Source: Myxococcota bacterium (GTDB lineage: Bacteria; Myxococcota_A; UBA796; CAJQPC01). Taken from it: DNA of 64,000 nt. Every line of letters starts with the position of its first letter. Positions within the stretch are counted from its first letter, which is position 1. Under the pieces are notes generated by a model, which had not been told where the DNA came from, did no database searches, and was given only the letters and a program-made list of their open reading frames with translations. Of the stretch, positions 28,978 through 39,235 are shown piece after piece. Made by a program: the position numbers and the translations under genes. The stretch is taken from NCBI GenBank assembly GCA_036012755.1, contig DASCPX010000009.1, positions 96,001 through 160,000 of the forward strand. The letters run 5' to 3'.

Positions 28978-31622
28978 CTCCCCTCCAGGTGGATCTCCGC
29001 GCGAGGCAGGCGTACGACGATGGCTTTCTGCCAGCCCTCTTGGGCCTCGACCTTGATGGAGCCTTCCTGACGCGTCACGAGATCGACGGTGAGACCTAGG
29101 CCGCGGGCGATGTAGCGACCACGGATCATCTCGTCCGTGAGCGGTGAGACCGCGTTGTCGAGGAAGCGCAGCACCACCCACTCCAAGCCGGTCACGAAGT
29201 CGGCTTCCGTATCGAGCGAGAGCCCGATGCGCCGCTGCCCGGGTTCCCTCTCATCGAGGACGGCGTTGAGGCCGTTGCGCAGGATGTTCACCACGATGTC
29301 CTCCAACTCGCCCCTGAAGATGCGGACCGGCAGGGCCTCTTCCGGAGCCCGGAGCTCGAGCTCGGGGAGACGGCGCCCGGCGAAGGCCGGCTCGCGGGTG
29401 AGGTGTAGCCAGCAGTCCCGCAGGACCTCGCCATCGACCGGCAGCACGCACACCTCCGCGAGGATGCGGCCGAGCTCGATGTAGCCGGTGTGGTTGAGCG
29501 CGTGGCTGATCCGGAGGAGCTCATCGACGTCGTCCTCGGCGTCGGCGAGATCTGCGAAAGCGGCGCACATCGGGGCGATGACAGGGTCGAGGCGACGCAG
29601 GTTCAAGCGCATGGCGTGGCGCCTTCCGATCCTCTCCAGCTCGCGCACGTAGCCGTTCCATCGCTCGAGGATCCCGCCCCGGACGAGCCGCGCGACCGCC
29701 TCTGCGGCGGGCACCGGATCGCCCCGCTGAAGGGCCGCGGCGGCGGCGGGCAGCACCGTCGTGTTGTGCTTGAGCACCTCGTGTCGCATGGCGCTCAGCA
29801 CGGTCGCGACATCGTGGTAGCTCTCGGGGGCCACCTCCAGGAGCTCCTGGAGCGTCGCGCCCGTGCGGCGACGCCAGAACAACACCGCCGGGACCGCGAT
29901 CAGCGCCAGCCCGGCAGCACCCGCCCCACCGAAGGTCAGGCGGAAGCGCGTCTCCAGCTCGTCGCGGAGCAAGACGGCGGCTTCGTGGCGCCGACCGCCG
30001 GTGGCTCGCGCGAAGTACTCGGACAGGAGCTTGCGGGCCTCGAGCCAGTCACCCTCCTCGTCCGCCAGGGCAGCCAGGGCGTACCAGGCTTCTTCGGCCC
30101 CCAGCTGTGCGGCCTCGTGGAAGGCATCGGCTGCCTCGCCTCTGTGGCCGGCGTCCTGGTGGAGGTAGCCGATCGCCAACACCGTCAGCGGCTGAACGGG
30201 CCGGACCTCGAGGCTGCGCTCGTAGGTCTGCAGAGCGCCGGCGCTGTCCGCCGCGCGCAGCTGCAGGTGGGCGAGCAGGTTGAGGGCGTCGACGTACTCG
30301 GGTGACTCCTCCAGGGCGAGCTGGACCTCGATCAGGGCCTTGTCGTCGTCCTGCTGGCGCTCCAGGTAGACCTTGGCGAGCTTGAAGTGGAGCCAGGCGG
30401 ACTCGGCGATGCCGTCCGGGGGCCTGGCGAGCAGGGCCTCGACCTCTGGCGGGTCCGGGCGCGTGCGGACGAGGTCCGCGATGGCAAGCCTGGCCTGCTC
30501 CGCGAACTCGCCCTCCGGCGCACGGTCCACGTAGCGCTCGTACGCGTCCACCGCGCCGGGGAAGTCACCGGCCTGTTGGCGGATGGTGCCAAGGAGGTAG
30601 AGCAGCTCTACCCAGGCCGGACGCAGGGTCTGGGCGCGCTCGAGCTCGTCCGCGGCTTCGCGGTGACGGCGTCCGCCATAGCGACGCGCCAGCAACAGCC
30701 CGAAGCTGACCCTCCATGTGGCCTCGTCCGGCTCCAGCGCGATGGCGGTCAGGTAGGCCTGCTCGGCTCCCGCGATGTCGCCGAGCTCCAGGGCGACGTC
30801 CCCCGAAGCACCCCAGACCTCCGGGGATCTCGGCGCCAGCTCCAGGAGCACGTCGAGCCGAGCTCGGGCACGCTCCAAGCGCCCCTGCGCGATCTGGAGG
30901 CGCGCCTCCTCGAGCTCCTTCCGCTGCTGCGGGTCGAGGGCCTCTGCGCCGCCGATGGCGAGCACGGCGGCGGCTGCCTCGACGTCGAGGCGCTCCAGAC
31001 GGGCGCGGACCTCTTCCGCCAGCGCCCCCTCCGGCCAGAGCTCCAGGTAGGACTCGAGCCAGGCCCGCGCCTCCTCCCGCTGGTCGGCGGCCTTCAGCGC
31101 CTCGGCGAGCGCGATGAGGTGGAGTCCAGTCGCGGTCGGATCCTCCTCTGGGCCGCCCAGCTCGAGGTAGGTCTCGAAGGTCGCGACAGAGCCGGCGAGA
31201 TCTCCGGACAGCAGCGAGGCCTCGGACTCCAGCCGCCAGGGCTCGGCGTCGCCGAGGCGCAGCTTGCGCAGCCGGCGGTAGAGCTCGACCGCCTCCTCCG
31301 GGTGCTCCTCGCGGATCAGTCGGGCCAGCGCCTGGACGGCGTCGGCGTCCATCGGCATCTGTCGCAGGACCCGCACCGCGTCGTCGAGCTCGCCCTGCTG
31401 CTCGTGGCAGCGAGCGAGGCCGACCCCCGCCTGGGAGTACGCCGGGTCCCGCTCCAGCACGAGCTCGTAGGCAGCCGCAGCCCGGCTCCACTGTCCACCC
31501 CGCTCGTGCTGGAGCGCCGCCCGGTACAGCTGCTGCCCGATGGGATCGAGGCCGGCGCCGTCGAGGTCGCCACCAGCGGGGGGCTCCTGCGCGAACGCCA
31601 GCGCCAGCAACAGGGCGATCAA
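28974..31622 (-). CDS. TPR-repeat transmembrane sensor with histidine-kinase-like C-terminus
   Basis: Signal peptide, many TPRs and a TM helix; H-box MRHE, N-box NILRNG, FLDNA and RGLGL. Confidence 0.8.
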   Translation of the reverse strand: MIALLLALAFAQEPPAGGDLDGAGLDPIGQQLYRAALQHERGGQWSRAAAAYELVLERDPAYSQAGVGLARCHEQQGELDDAVRVLRQMPMDADAVQALARLIREEHPEEAVELYRRLRKLRLGDAEPWRLESEASLLSGDLAGSVATFETYLELGGPEEDPTATGLHLIALAEALKAADQREEARAWLESYLELWPEGALAEEVRARLERLDVEAAAAVLAIGGAEALDPQQRKELEEARLQIAQGRLERARARLDVLLELAPRSPEVWGASGDVALELGDIAGAEQAYLTAIALEPDEATWRVSFGLLLARRYGGRRHREAADELERAQTLRPAWVELLYLLGTIRQQAGDFPGAVDAYERYVDRAPEGEFAEQARLAIADLVRTRPDPPEVEALLARPPDGIAESAWLHFKLAKVYLERQQDDDKALIEVQLALEESPEYVDALNLLAHLQLRAADSAGALQTYERSLEVRPVQPLTVLAIGYLHQDAGHRGEAADAFHEAAQLGAEEAWYALAALADEEGDWLEARKLLSEYFARATGGRRHEAAVLLRDELETRFRLTFGGAGAAGLALIAVPAVLFWRRRTGATLQELLEVAPESYHDVATVLSAMRHEVLKHNTTVLPAAAAALQRGDPVPAAEAVARLVRGGILERWNGYVRELERIGRRHAMRLNLRRLDPVIAPMCAAFADLADAEDDVDELLRISHALNHTGYIELGRILAEVCVLPVDGEVLRDCWLHLTREPAFAGRRLPELELRAPEEALPVRIFRGELEDIVVNILRNGLNAVLDEREPGQRRIGLSLDTEADFVTGLEWVVLRFLDNAVSPLTDEMIRGRYIARGLGLTVDLVTRQEGSIKVEAQEGWQKAIVVRLPRAEIHLEGR

Positions 31623-33223
31623 GCCAGTCGCTTCCTGAGCTCTCGCACCTTCAACCCCAGCTGGTTGAAGCGCAGCTGGACCTTCCGGGCGTTCTCTGCG
31701 TCGCCCATCAAGACCTTGGCCATCTCCGCGAAGTCGCCCTGGTAGGTGAGGTAGAGCGCCGTGAAGTACTGGCGCTCGACGTCCGCGGCGACCTTGTTCA
31801 GGGTCTCATGGGGCCGCACGCCGACTTCGAGCCTCCACCCGTCAGCCGGGGCCTCGACCTGGGGTCCCTGGGTGTGACGAAGCAGATCGCGGACGAGCTT
31901 GGGCCGGACCTGGACTACCTCCGGCCGCTGTATGTGGCGCAGCTGGACGAGCTCGGTGAAGGCGAAGACCAGCGCGTTCTCGACCGTCATCGCGAACTCG
32001 CGCAGGTTGCCGGGCCAGCTGTGTTTCCGCAACAGCGCCATCGTGCGCCGCGACAACAACAGGTGCACCACGTCCTCGACCCGCGCCGGTGCCTTGTCAC
32101 CGGCCACGACCTCCAACCGCGCTCCGCCGAGGCCGTGCTTGCCGCAGTACTCGGCGAAGATCTCGCCCAGCGAGGGGCTGGCCAGAGCGCGCTCGCAGCA
32201 GAAACCGATGAGGCGTGGGAAGTCCAGCTTGCGCTCGCGCAAGGGGGGCAGCTCGACCGTGCAGGCCGGGTTGAGCCGCATGTGGAGATCGGCCCGGAAA
32301 CGACCCTGACGCACCATCTCGCCGAGGTCCTCGTTCGTCGCCACCACGAGCTTGACGTCGACGCGGCGCTCGCGCACGTCGCCGATGCGCGTGACCGAGC
32401 CCTCCTGGAGCACGGTCAACAGCAGCTTCTGGGCGTCCTCCGCGAGGTTGCCGATCTCGTCGAGGAAGAGTGTGCCGCCGTCGGCCTCCTCGAAGGCGCC
32501 CTTTCTGTCGGCGACGCTGCCGGTGTAGCTGCCGCGAACGGAGCCGAAGAGGTGGGCCGCCATGAGGTTGGCTGGGATCGTGGAGAGGTCCACGACCACG
32601 AAGCGTCCCTTCCGGCCCGAGCGGGGATGGATGAAGTGGCGGGCGATGAGGCTCTTTCCGGTACCCGTCGGACCACCCAGGATGATGGGAAGCCGGCCAC
32701 GGGCGAGGGTCACGAGCTGGGACCGGATGCGACGCATGGCCATGCCGCGGCCCCAGAAGATTGGGCCCTCGCGCTCCATGCCGCGACGGGCCCGCAAGAC
32801 CCCCTCGATCTGGGCGCGGAGCGAGTTCACGTCGACGTACTCGTCGTCGAGGAAGTAGGTGTATTCCTCCGCCGCCAGTTCCTCCGCCGCGCGATGCAGG
32901 GGGACCTCGTCCAGCGAAGTCATCAGGATGACCGGCAGATCGGGGTGGCCCTGCCGCAGCTCTCTCAGGATGTGGACGCCCTGCTGCCGCCGGCAGGTCT
33001 CCAAAGCCGAGGCGTCGGCGCCCCGGGGCAGCCCCACGAGGTCTTCTGCCGGGATGTCGAAGTGCACATCGAGCAGCACGAGCTCTATGCGGCGCCTCTT
33101 GCGCAGCAGCTCGCGAGCTTCCCGCCAGCTCCGCGCCGGACCGTGGTAGTCGTGCTCCGGCATCGTCCGCCGGACGAGATCGGTGTACCGGTCCTGATCG
33201 TCGATGACGAGGATCTGGGCCAT
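31619..33223 (-). CDS. Sigma54-type AAA+ transcriptional activator with receiver domain
   Basis: ILVIDD...LLDVH; Walker A GPTGTGKS; GSYTGS; GGTLFLDEIG, FRADL and WPGNLRE. Confidence 0.92.
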   Translation of the reverse strand: MAQILVIDDQDRYTDLVRRTMPEHDYHGPARSWREARELLRKRRRIELVLLDVHFDIPAEDLVGLPRGADASALETCRRQQGVHILRELRQGHPDLPVILMTSLDEVPLHRAAEELAAEEYTYFLDDEYVDVNSLRAQIEGVLRARRGMEREGPIFWGRGMAMRRIRSQLVTLARGRLPIILGGPTGTGKSLIARHFIHPRSGRKGRFVVVDLSTIPANLMAAHLFGSVRGSYTGSVADRKGAFEEADGGTLFLDEIGNLAEDAQKLLLTVLQEGSVTRIGDVRERRVDVKLVVATNEDLGEMVRQGRFRADLHMRLNPACTVELPPLRERKLDFPRLIGFCCERALASPSLGEIFAEYCGKHGLGGARLEVVAGDKAPARVEDVVHLLLSRRTMALLRKHSWPGNLREFAMTVENALVFAFTELVQLRHIQRPEVVQVRPKLVRDLLRHTQGPQVEAPADGWRLEVGVRPHETLNKVAADVERQYFTALYLTYQGDFAEMAKVLMGDAENARKVQLRFNQLGLKVRELRKRLA

Positions 33224-33591
33224 CAGGCCTCCTTCAGCCCCTTGTGGAGGCGGGTCAGCTCGCTGGAGATTCGGTGCGCCGCCGCGGCGCAGGCGGCGAG
33301 CCCGTCGTGGTCGATGTCCCCGCTCTCCAGCTCGTCCGCGCGGGTGGCCAGGGTCTCGATGTCCTCGTCTATGAGGACGATGTCCAGGGAAAGAAGAGAC
33401 GGCCGGAGCCGCTTCCAGATGTCGAAGGCCGCCTCCGTGCCCGAGGGACCGCGCCGGGTCATGAGCACGTCGTTCCTCAGGGCCTCGAGCAGCTCGTCGT
33501 CACCGGCGTCCTCGGGCAACCAGCGGAGCTGGAACGAGACGTACTTCCCGAGATCGTGGCGGGCGGCGGCGAGGGCATGTCGATGGCTCAC
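33223..33591 (-). CDS. Small helical protein with H-box-like motif
   Basis: GTGA-coupled start and ARHDLGKYV; coupled to the downstream activator gene. Confidence 0.6.
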   Translation of the reverse strand: MSHRHALAAARHDLGKYVSFQLRWLPEDAGDDELLEALRNDVLMTRRGPSGTEAAFDIWKRLRPSLLSLDIVLIDEDIETLATRADELESGDIDHDGLAACAAAAHRISSELTRLHKGLKEA

Positions 33592-34541
33592 TTGAAGGAC
33601 TTCAACAAGGCTACGTAGTCGAGACCACGCGGGGCCGCCGGGGTTCGACAGCGGGTGTTGTGCAGCCACCCGACCCGCCTCCTGCACGCGACCACCACCG
33701 GGGCAACGTCACCCGGGCCCAGCTCCTCGACGAGGCGCTCCATCGCCTCCAGCGGGACGTGACCGCGACGCACGATGTCCTGGAAGAGGTTGGCGATCGC
33801 CCGCGGCCCGTGGCCCCGGGTCTTGCCGACCTCGATCGCAACGGCGCGGACCGCCGCGGCGTCGAGCCGACCCGCGCCGTAAAGGACCAACGCCGCCTGG
33901 AACCAGGAATACACGGGGACCAGCCGGGAGCCCAGCGGGGCGAAGCGCTGCGGGGGAACGCCCTTCTCCAGCCGGATGAAGATGCGCTCCACGGCCTCGG
34001 CCGTCGCGATGTTGTCCAGGGTCTCCACGGCGCGAGCCCGGGTGTCCGGGTAGGCGCCCGCGGCCTCCATGATGCGGCTCAGCTCGACCGGTGTGAGGCG
34101 TCCGGCGACCGCATCAGCGAAGACGGAGTAGACCACCGCGTCGATCTCGGCGTCGTCGCCGAAGAGGTGCTCGGTGACCGCCTGGCCCAGGCCCACGCGG
34201 CCGGACAGAAGCGCCGGCAGCTTGTAGCCGAACTGCCCCTTGATCGCGCGCAGGCGACCGCGGCGGAGGTTGCGCACGTTGTCCTTGAGGTGGAGCTCGG
34301 AGAAGTTGACGCCGTCCAGGCGGAGCTTCTGGGTGAGGACCTCGCGCATCTGCGTCGGCGAGCCGCTGAGAATGACCACGCGCGCCCCGGGCCTCCGCGA
34401 CAGCGCGCGCAACAAGGCCGCGGAGCCCGGCACGTTCCGCTTCTCCTCTGGCGCCTCGATCGCGCTCCGAACCAGTCCGCGGACCGAGTCGAAGTCGGTC
34501 TCCAGGTAGGTCTTGTCGAGGTCCCAGCGGTAGATCTCCAC
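33588..34541 (-). CDS. HAD-like phosphatase (App1/DUF2183-like)
   Basis: WDLDKT (DxDxT), ILSGSP, YKL and LFGDDAE.D. Confidence 0.75.
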   Translation of the reverse strand: MEIYRWDLDKTYLETDFDSVRGLVRSAIEAPEEKRNVPGSAALLRALSRRPGARVVILSGSPTQMREVLTQKLRLDGVNFSELHLKDNVRNLRRGRLRAIKGQFGYKLPALLSGRVGLGQAVTEHLFGDDAEIDAVVYSVFADAVAGRLTPVELSRIMEAAGAYPDTRARAVETLDNIATAEAVERIFIRLEKGVPPQRFAPLGSRLVPVYSWFQAALVLYGAGRLDAAAVRAVAIEVGKTRGHGPRAIANLFQDIVRRGHVPLEAMERLVEELGPGDVAPVVVACRRRVGWLHNTRCRTPAAPRGLDYVALLKSFK

Positions 34542-34551
34542 GGCGGGTTCC

Positions 34552-35835
34552 TTAACCGTCCACGCGCTGGAGACCTCGCAGGGGTGTGTCGAGCAGGGGC
34601 GCCAGCGCGGCAGCGACCGCGCCGTCGTAGCCAGGGTCCGAGGCGATGTCGAAGCTAGGAGGCGTCGACAGCCCGCGGAGGCTCTCCCGAACGCCGTCTC
34701 GAACGCGGCGACCGGTGATGCCCGTGAGCAACGACCCACCCGCCTCGACCTCCCGGAGTCCGGGCAAAAAAGTCCGCGCCTCGTGGATGGCGCCGCTCAT
34801 CAGCGTGGAGACCCACTCGGCGACCTCCCTCCCCTCGGGCCGCCCTGCTGAGAGCAGCTCGGCGAGGCGGTAGCCCGCGTCCCAGGCCCCGACCTCCTCG
34901 CCGAGGACCTCTGAGAGCGTCAAGGAGATCCCGTAGCCGGACAGGTATGACTTCATCGCTCCTGACAGGGGCAGGTAGGTGTGGGGACGAGCATCCGGCG
35001 CGCCGTCCACGATCAGGCGGCCCAGCTCCACGGCGTTCACGGTGCCGTCTGCGTCGATCCAGCAGCCGCCGAAGCTGGTGCCGATCTGGAGTCGCAGGAG
35101 CCGCCTTCGACCCAACCCCGAGAGGTGGCGGCCGAGGTTGGCCAGGTCGTTGTAGCAGGCGACCGGCCCCGCCGTGATGCCCGCGGAGATCTGGCTCGGG
35201 AGGTCGGCGAGCGCCTCCGTCCCACCGAGCTTCTCTCTCATGACGGTCGAGAGCCCCACGATGTGACCGCCGACTCCCATGGGCGAAGCGAAGCCGATGC
35301 CGAGTGAGCCGACCGGATCCGGCCCCGCGACCTCGGCCACCAGCTCGCGGGCTCGTCGCACCAGGGAGTCGATGCCGGAGGAGCCCGCTGGCCAGGTGCG
35401 ACCATGGGCGCGGCGGACGATGCGGCCCTCGACGAGGGCACAGGCCTTCATCCCTGTTCCGCCGATGTCCAGGCCCACGGCGACACCGGGGAGCGCTCGC
35501 CCCCTCTGTCGTTGCTCGATCGCAGGCAGATCCAGGGTGCCCTCGGCCAGCCGGGGCATGCGGTCATCGCCCCACGCCAGCGGGATCTTGTGGACCCGGG
35601 CCAACACCTCGAGGCCGTCTACGCGGGGCCCGTGGATGCGGACCGCCGCAGGCTGGAGCAGCAAGACCCCGTTGTGGACGCGGGCGAGCACATCCGGCGC
35701 TGCTGTCACAGGGGCGAACCACTCGAACCAGCGCTCGGCGGCACCGGCGCCGTGACCGTGGGCGAAGCTGACTCGCCACTGGACGGCCCGGCGCTGGCGC
35801 CGGTGGCGGGAGAAACGCGCTTCGAGGGTGTCCAT
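34552..35835 (-). CDS. ROK family (sugar kinase-like) protein with N-terminal extension
   Basis: VGLDIGGTGMK, GIGFASP, YND, IGTSFGG and ELGR. Confidence 0.8.
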   Translation of the reverse strand: MDTLEARFSRHRRQRRAVQWRVSFAHGHGAGAAERWFEWFAPVTAAPDVLARVHNGVLLLQPAAVRIHGPRVDGLEVLARVHKIPLAWGDDRMPRLAEGTLDLPAIEQRQRGRALPGVAVGLDIGGTGMKACALVEGRIVRRAHGRTWPAGSSGIDSLVRRARELVAEVAGPDPVGSLGIGFASPMGVGGHIVGLSTVMREKLGGTEALADLPSQISAGITAGPVACYNDLANLGRHLSGLGRRRLLRLQIGTSFGGCWIDADGTVNAVELGRLIVDGAPDARPHTYLPLSGAMKSYLSGYGISLTLSEVLGEEVGAWDAGYRLAELLSAGRPEGREVAEWVSTLMSGAIHEARTFLPGLREVEAGGSLLTGITGRRVRDGVRESLRGLSTPPSFDIASDPGYDGAVAAALAPLLDTPLRGLQRVDG

Positions 35836-35993
35836 TCTCTCTCAAGGACCGGTGGTGCCTGCGACCCGCACAGACGAGGCGCATCGACATCTCAGAGGAT
35901 CACCACCGATGACACGACGGCAAGGCCTGCCCCTCTCTGCGCTGGCGCTGGCAGCCTGCGCCCTGCTCGCGCTGGCGAGCCGCCTGCCGAGGC

Positions 35994-36923
35994 TCAGTCG
36001 ATCCGAGCAGGACTCCACGCCGCTACGACGGGCTTCCCTGCGATGAATGGCATCCAGACCTCTCCGGCGACCACGACCGGGTCTCCGAGCAGGATCGCTT
36101 CGTGGGTGAACAGCCCGGTGCCCTGGAGCACCGCGCGCTCTAGCCCGTCCTTCTCTTCGATCCAGCCCAGCGCGCCTCCGGAGGCTCGAGGCTGAGCGGC
36201 GGTCCAGCCTTCGAGCAAGGTCGGGAGGATCTCGTCCCCGCGATGGATCACGCCCTCCGCGGCAGCGACGGGCACCTCTCCGTCGAAGACCGGACCGTCG
36301 GCGACGCAGCCTCCGCCGAGCTCGATCAGCTCGCCGTCGACCATGATCCCCTCCGGCACACGCCAGGCAACCTGCCCTTCCGCGGAGATCGCCGGGCGAC
36401 TCTCGGCGCAGGCCCCCTCGACCACAGCGAGCCCGTCGTAGAAGAGCGCTCCGCCCTCTGCCACCCAGGAGACGACAGGCTCGCCGTCCACCACTCCGAG
36501 GGTCAGCGGCCCGCCGCGTTCGGCCAATGCCTCGCTCTGCCAACCCTCCGGGCTGCGCTCTGCGAGCTTGGGCACTCCCTCGGAAACATAGGCGATCACT
36601 GGCCGTCCCAGGGCGATGGCCAGCCGCGGGAGCGTCTGCGCGTCCGGGCCGACCACGACCTGCGAGTCGATCTTCGTCGGGGGAGTCCAGCCACGCCCGG
36701 AGTCCAGCGAGGTGGCGGCCCAGAGCTCCCCGTCGAGGACCCACGCGGAGAGGATGATCGTCGGCCCCGCCCAGCTCCCGGAGAGGTCCCGGGGTCCGGT
36801 CGCCGCCAAGGCCAGGGCCTGCGCGTACTCCCAGGGGCCGCGAATGACCCGCACCACTGGCCCTGGCGCGGGCTCGATCGCGGTCGTCTTCGATCCGGTA
36901 CAGGCCAACAGCAGGATCAACAT
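35994..36923 (-). CDS. Hypothetical lipoprotein (BNR/beta-propeller-like)
   Basis: MLILLLAC and the Asp-box SLDSGRGW. Confidence 0.62.
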   Translation of the reverse strand: MLILLLACTGSKTTAIEPAPGPVVRVIRGPWEYAQALALAATGPRDLSGSWAGPTIILSAWVLDGELWAATSLDSGRGWTPPTKIDSQVVVGPDAQTLPRLAIALGRPVIAYVSEGVPKLAERSPEGWQSEALAERGGPLTLGVVDGEPVVSWVAEGGALFYDGLAVVEGACAESRPAISAEGQVAWRVPEGIMVDGELIELGGGCVADGPVFDGEVPVAAAEGVIHRGDEILPTLLEGWTAAQPRASGGALGWIEEKDGLERAVLQGTGLFTHEAILLGDPVVVAGEVWMPFIAGKPVVAAWSPARID

Positions 36924-37030
36924 GCACGAATCCTGCACAACAACCGGGCCTGCCCGCAAGGATGTGGCCCTTTTCCCCGCACGGCTCCTGCATAGGCTCA
37001 GTACCGACCCTATGATCGACGGGAGGTCGA

Positions 37031-37726
37031 ATGATCGGAGCAGACATCCTCATCGTGGACGACGACGACAACCTCAGGGAGGTCGTTCGCTATGCCCTCG
37101 ACCGAGCCGGCTTCAGCGTGCGCGAGGCCTGCGACGGGCGCGCCGCGATGCGCGAGTTCGGCAGCCGGGCACCGGACCTGGTGGTGCTGGACGTGCTCAT
37201 GCCAGAGATGGACGGCATCGAGGTCTGCCGCGCCATTCGGCGCACCTCGCAGGTCCCGATCGTCTTCTTGAGCAGCCGGGACGAAGAGGTCGACAAGGTC
37301 CTGGGTCTGGAGCTCGGCGGCGACGACTACGTCACGAAGCCCTTCAGCCCACGAGAGCTCGTCAGCCGGGTCAAGGCCGTGCTGCGCCGCAGCCTGCCCG
37401 CGACCGCCCGCAACGAGGACGACGAGACCGTGCTCCGCTCCGGACCGATCCGCATGAACCCGGAGCGCCACCGGGTGTGGGTCGAGGACGACGAGGTCCG
37501 TCTCACCGTCACCGAGTTCCGCTTGCTGCAGGTCCTCCTGCGCCGCCCCGGGCGCGTCTACACACGAGACGAGCTCGTGGATCGGGCATATCCGGGCAAC
37601 CACCACGTCTCTGACCGCACCCTCGACTCGCACGTCCGGCGCATTCGCCAGAAGTTCCGGGAGCACGAGATGGACCCGGTCGAGACGGTCCACGGGCTGG
37701 GGTACCGGCTCCGCCAGCTGGCGTGA
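37031..37726 (+). CDS. OmpR/PhoB-family response regulator
   Basis: ILIVDDD, LVVLDVLMP, GGDDYVTKPFSPREL and the winged helix RTLDSHVRRIRQK, TVHGLGY. Confidence 0.95.
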   Translation: MIGADILIVDDDDNLREVVRYALDRAGFSVREACDGRAAMREFGSRAPDLVVLDVLMPEMDGIEVCRAIRRTSQVPIVFLSSRDEEVDKVLGLELGGDDYVTKPFSPRELVSRVKAVLRRSLPATARNEDDETVLRSGPIRMNPERHRVWVEDDEVRLTVTEFRLLQVLLRRPGRVYTRDELVDRAYPGNHHVSDRTLDSHVRRIRQKFREHEMDPVETVHGLGYRLRQLA

Positions 37727-39234
37727 ACGACGGCCGCTCGCCGCCGACCCTGCGCCCCTCCAGGACCGAGGTGCCCCACGAGCTGAGCGGGCTCTCGATG
37801 ATCCTGCCGCTGCGCACGTGGCTGTTGTTCTCGCACATGGCGGTCCTGACGCTGCCGCTGTTGGCGGTCCTGTCGACGGGTGCTCTGGCCTACGACCTGT
37901 CGATGCAGACCAAGAGCGAGCTCATCAACCAGGCCTCGCTCATCACGCTGCTGGTGCAGATCGAGCTGGAGCACGCGCGCGAGGACAACCCCGAGGCCAC
38001 CGTTCACGACATCGCCTGGCGTCTGTCGCCGACGCTGCACCAGGCTCGACGGCAGACCCTCGCAGCCTTTCGGGTGACCGACGAACACGGGATCGTGGTC
38101 TCGACCTCTGGAGAGGGCCTGGGCCGTGATCTGTCCGATGATCCGGAGGTCGCGGACGCGCTGGCAGGCCTACCCGGGACAGACGTACGCCCACGCCAGC
38201 AGGGCAGCTCGCGCCAGCCCCTGTCGTCGCCCTCGCGCCGAGCAGATGTCCGCGTCTTCCAGACGATGCCGGTGCGCTACGAGGGAGAGCTCGTGGGCGT
38301 GGTGCTGCTCTCGCGCACTCCACGCGAAGAGATCCAGGCCCTCTACCAGATGTCCCCTCGCCTGATCTGGGGTGCGCTGGCCTGCGTGCTGTTGACCATG
38401 GCCCTGTCCTGGCGCTGGGCCACCCTCGGGAGCCGCTCGCTGAAGCGCCTCGCGGACGCAGCCCAGCGCGTCGCCGAGGGAGATCTCGACCAGGTCTCGC
38501 GCCTCGACGACATCCACGGATCCCACGTCGCAGAGGTCGGCGAGGTCGCCAGGGCCTTCGCGACGACCGGAGAGCAGCTGCGCGCAAGACTCCGTTATAT
38601 CAGTGAGTTCGCTGGCAATGTCTCACATGAATTCAAGACTCCGATCGCGACCTTGCGTGGCACGATCGAGCTCCTCGGGGACGACGAGGACATGCCTCCG
38701 GAGCAGCGGGCGCGGTTCCTCGAAAACGCCAACGCGGAGCTCGTCCGCCTCGAGCGACTCGTGACGGGGCTCCTCCGTCTTGCCCGAGCCGAGGAGCTGG
38801 CCGTGCGAGATCCGGTCACCCTCGACGACCTCATCGAGGCCGTCGCCGAGCGCTTCCCGAGTGCCCGGATCGAGGGCAGTGCAGGCGAGGTGCTCGGGAG
38901 CGGCGAGCAGCTGGAGAGCGCCATCGCGAACCTGGTCGAGAACGCGCTCCAGCACGGCGGAGAGGACGTCCAGGTGGTCATCCGGGGCTGGGCCATGGGT
39001 GAGCGCACGGGAGTCGAGGTCGAGGACGACGGCGCGGGCATCAGCCCAGCGAACCAGAAGCACATCTTCGAGCGCTTCTTCACGACGGGCCGGAACACCG
39101 GCGGCACCGGCCTGGGCCTGGCACTGGTCCAGGCCATCTGCCGGACACACGGCGGCAAGGTCAGCGTCCAGTCCCGGCCCGGACGGACGAAGTTCAGGAT
39201 CTCCCTCCCCCGCCGGCCCCTGACGGCGGACTGA
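37723..39234 (+). CDS. HAMP-domain sensor histidine kinase (CreC-like)
   Basis: Two TM helices and HAMP; SHEFKTP, NLVENA, DDGAGI, IFERF and GTGLGL. Start may instead be ATG 37798. Confidence 0.93.
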   Translation: MNDGRSPPTLRPSRTEVPHELSGLSMILPLRTWLLFSHMAVLTLPLLAVLSTGALAYDLSMQTKSELINQASLITLLVQIELEHAREDNPEATVHDIAWRLSPTLHQARRQTLAAFRVTDEHGIVVSTSGEGLGRDLSDDPEVADALAGLPGTDVRPRQQGSSRQPLSSPSRRADVRVFQTMPVRYEGELVGVVLLSRTPREEIQALYQMSPRLIWGALACVLLTMALSWRWATLGSRSLKRLADAAQRVAEGDLDQVSRLDDIHGSHVAEVGEVARAFATTGEQLRARLRYISEFAGNVSHEFKTPIATLRGTIELLGDDEDMPPEQRARFLENANAELVRLERLVTGLLRLARAEELAVRDPVTLDDLIEAVAERFPSARIEGSAGEVLGSGEQLESAIANLVENALQHGGEDVQVVIRGWAMGERTGVEVEDDGAGISPANQKHIFERFFTTGRNTGGTGLGLALVQAICRTHGGKVSVQSRPGRTKFRISLPRRPLTAD

Positions 39235-39235
39235 T

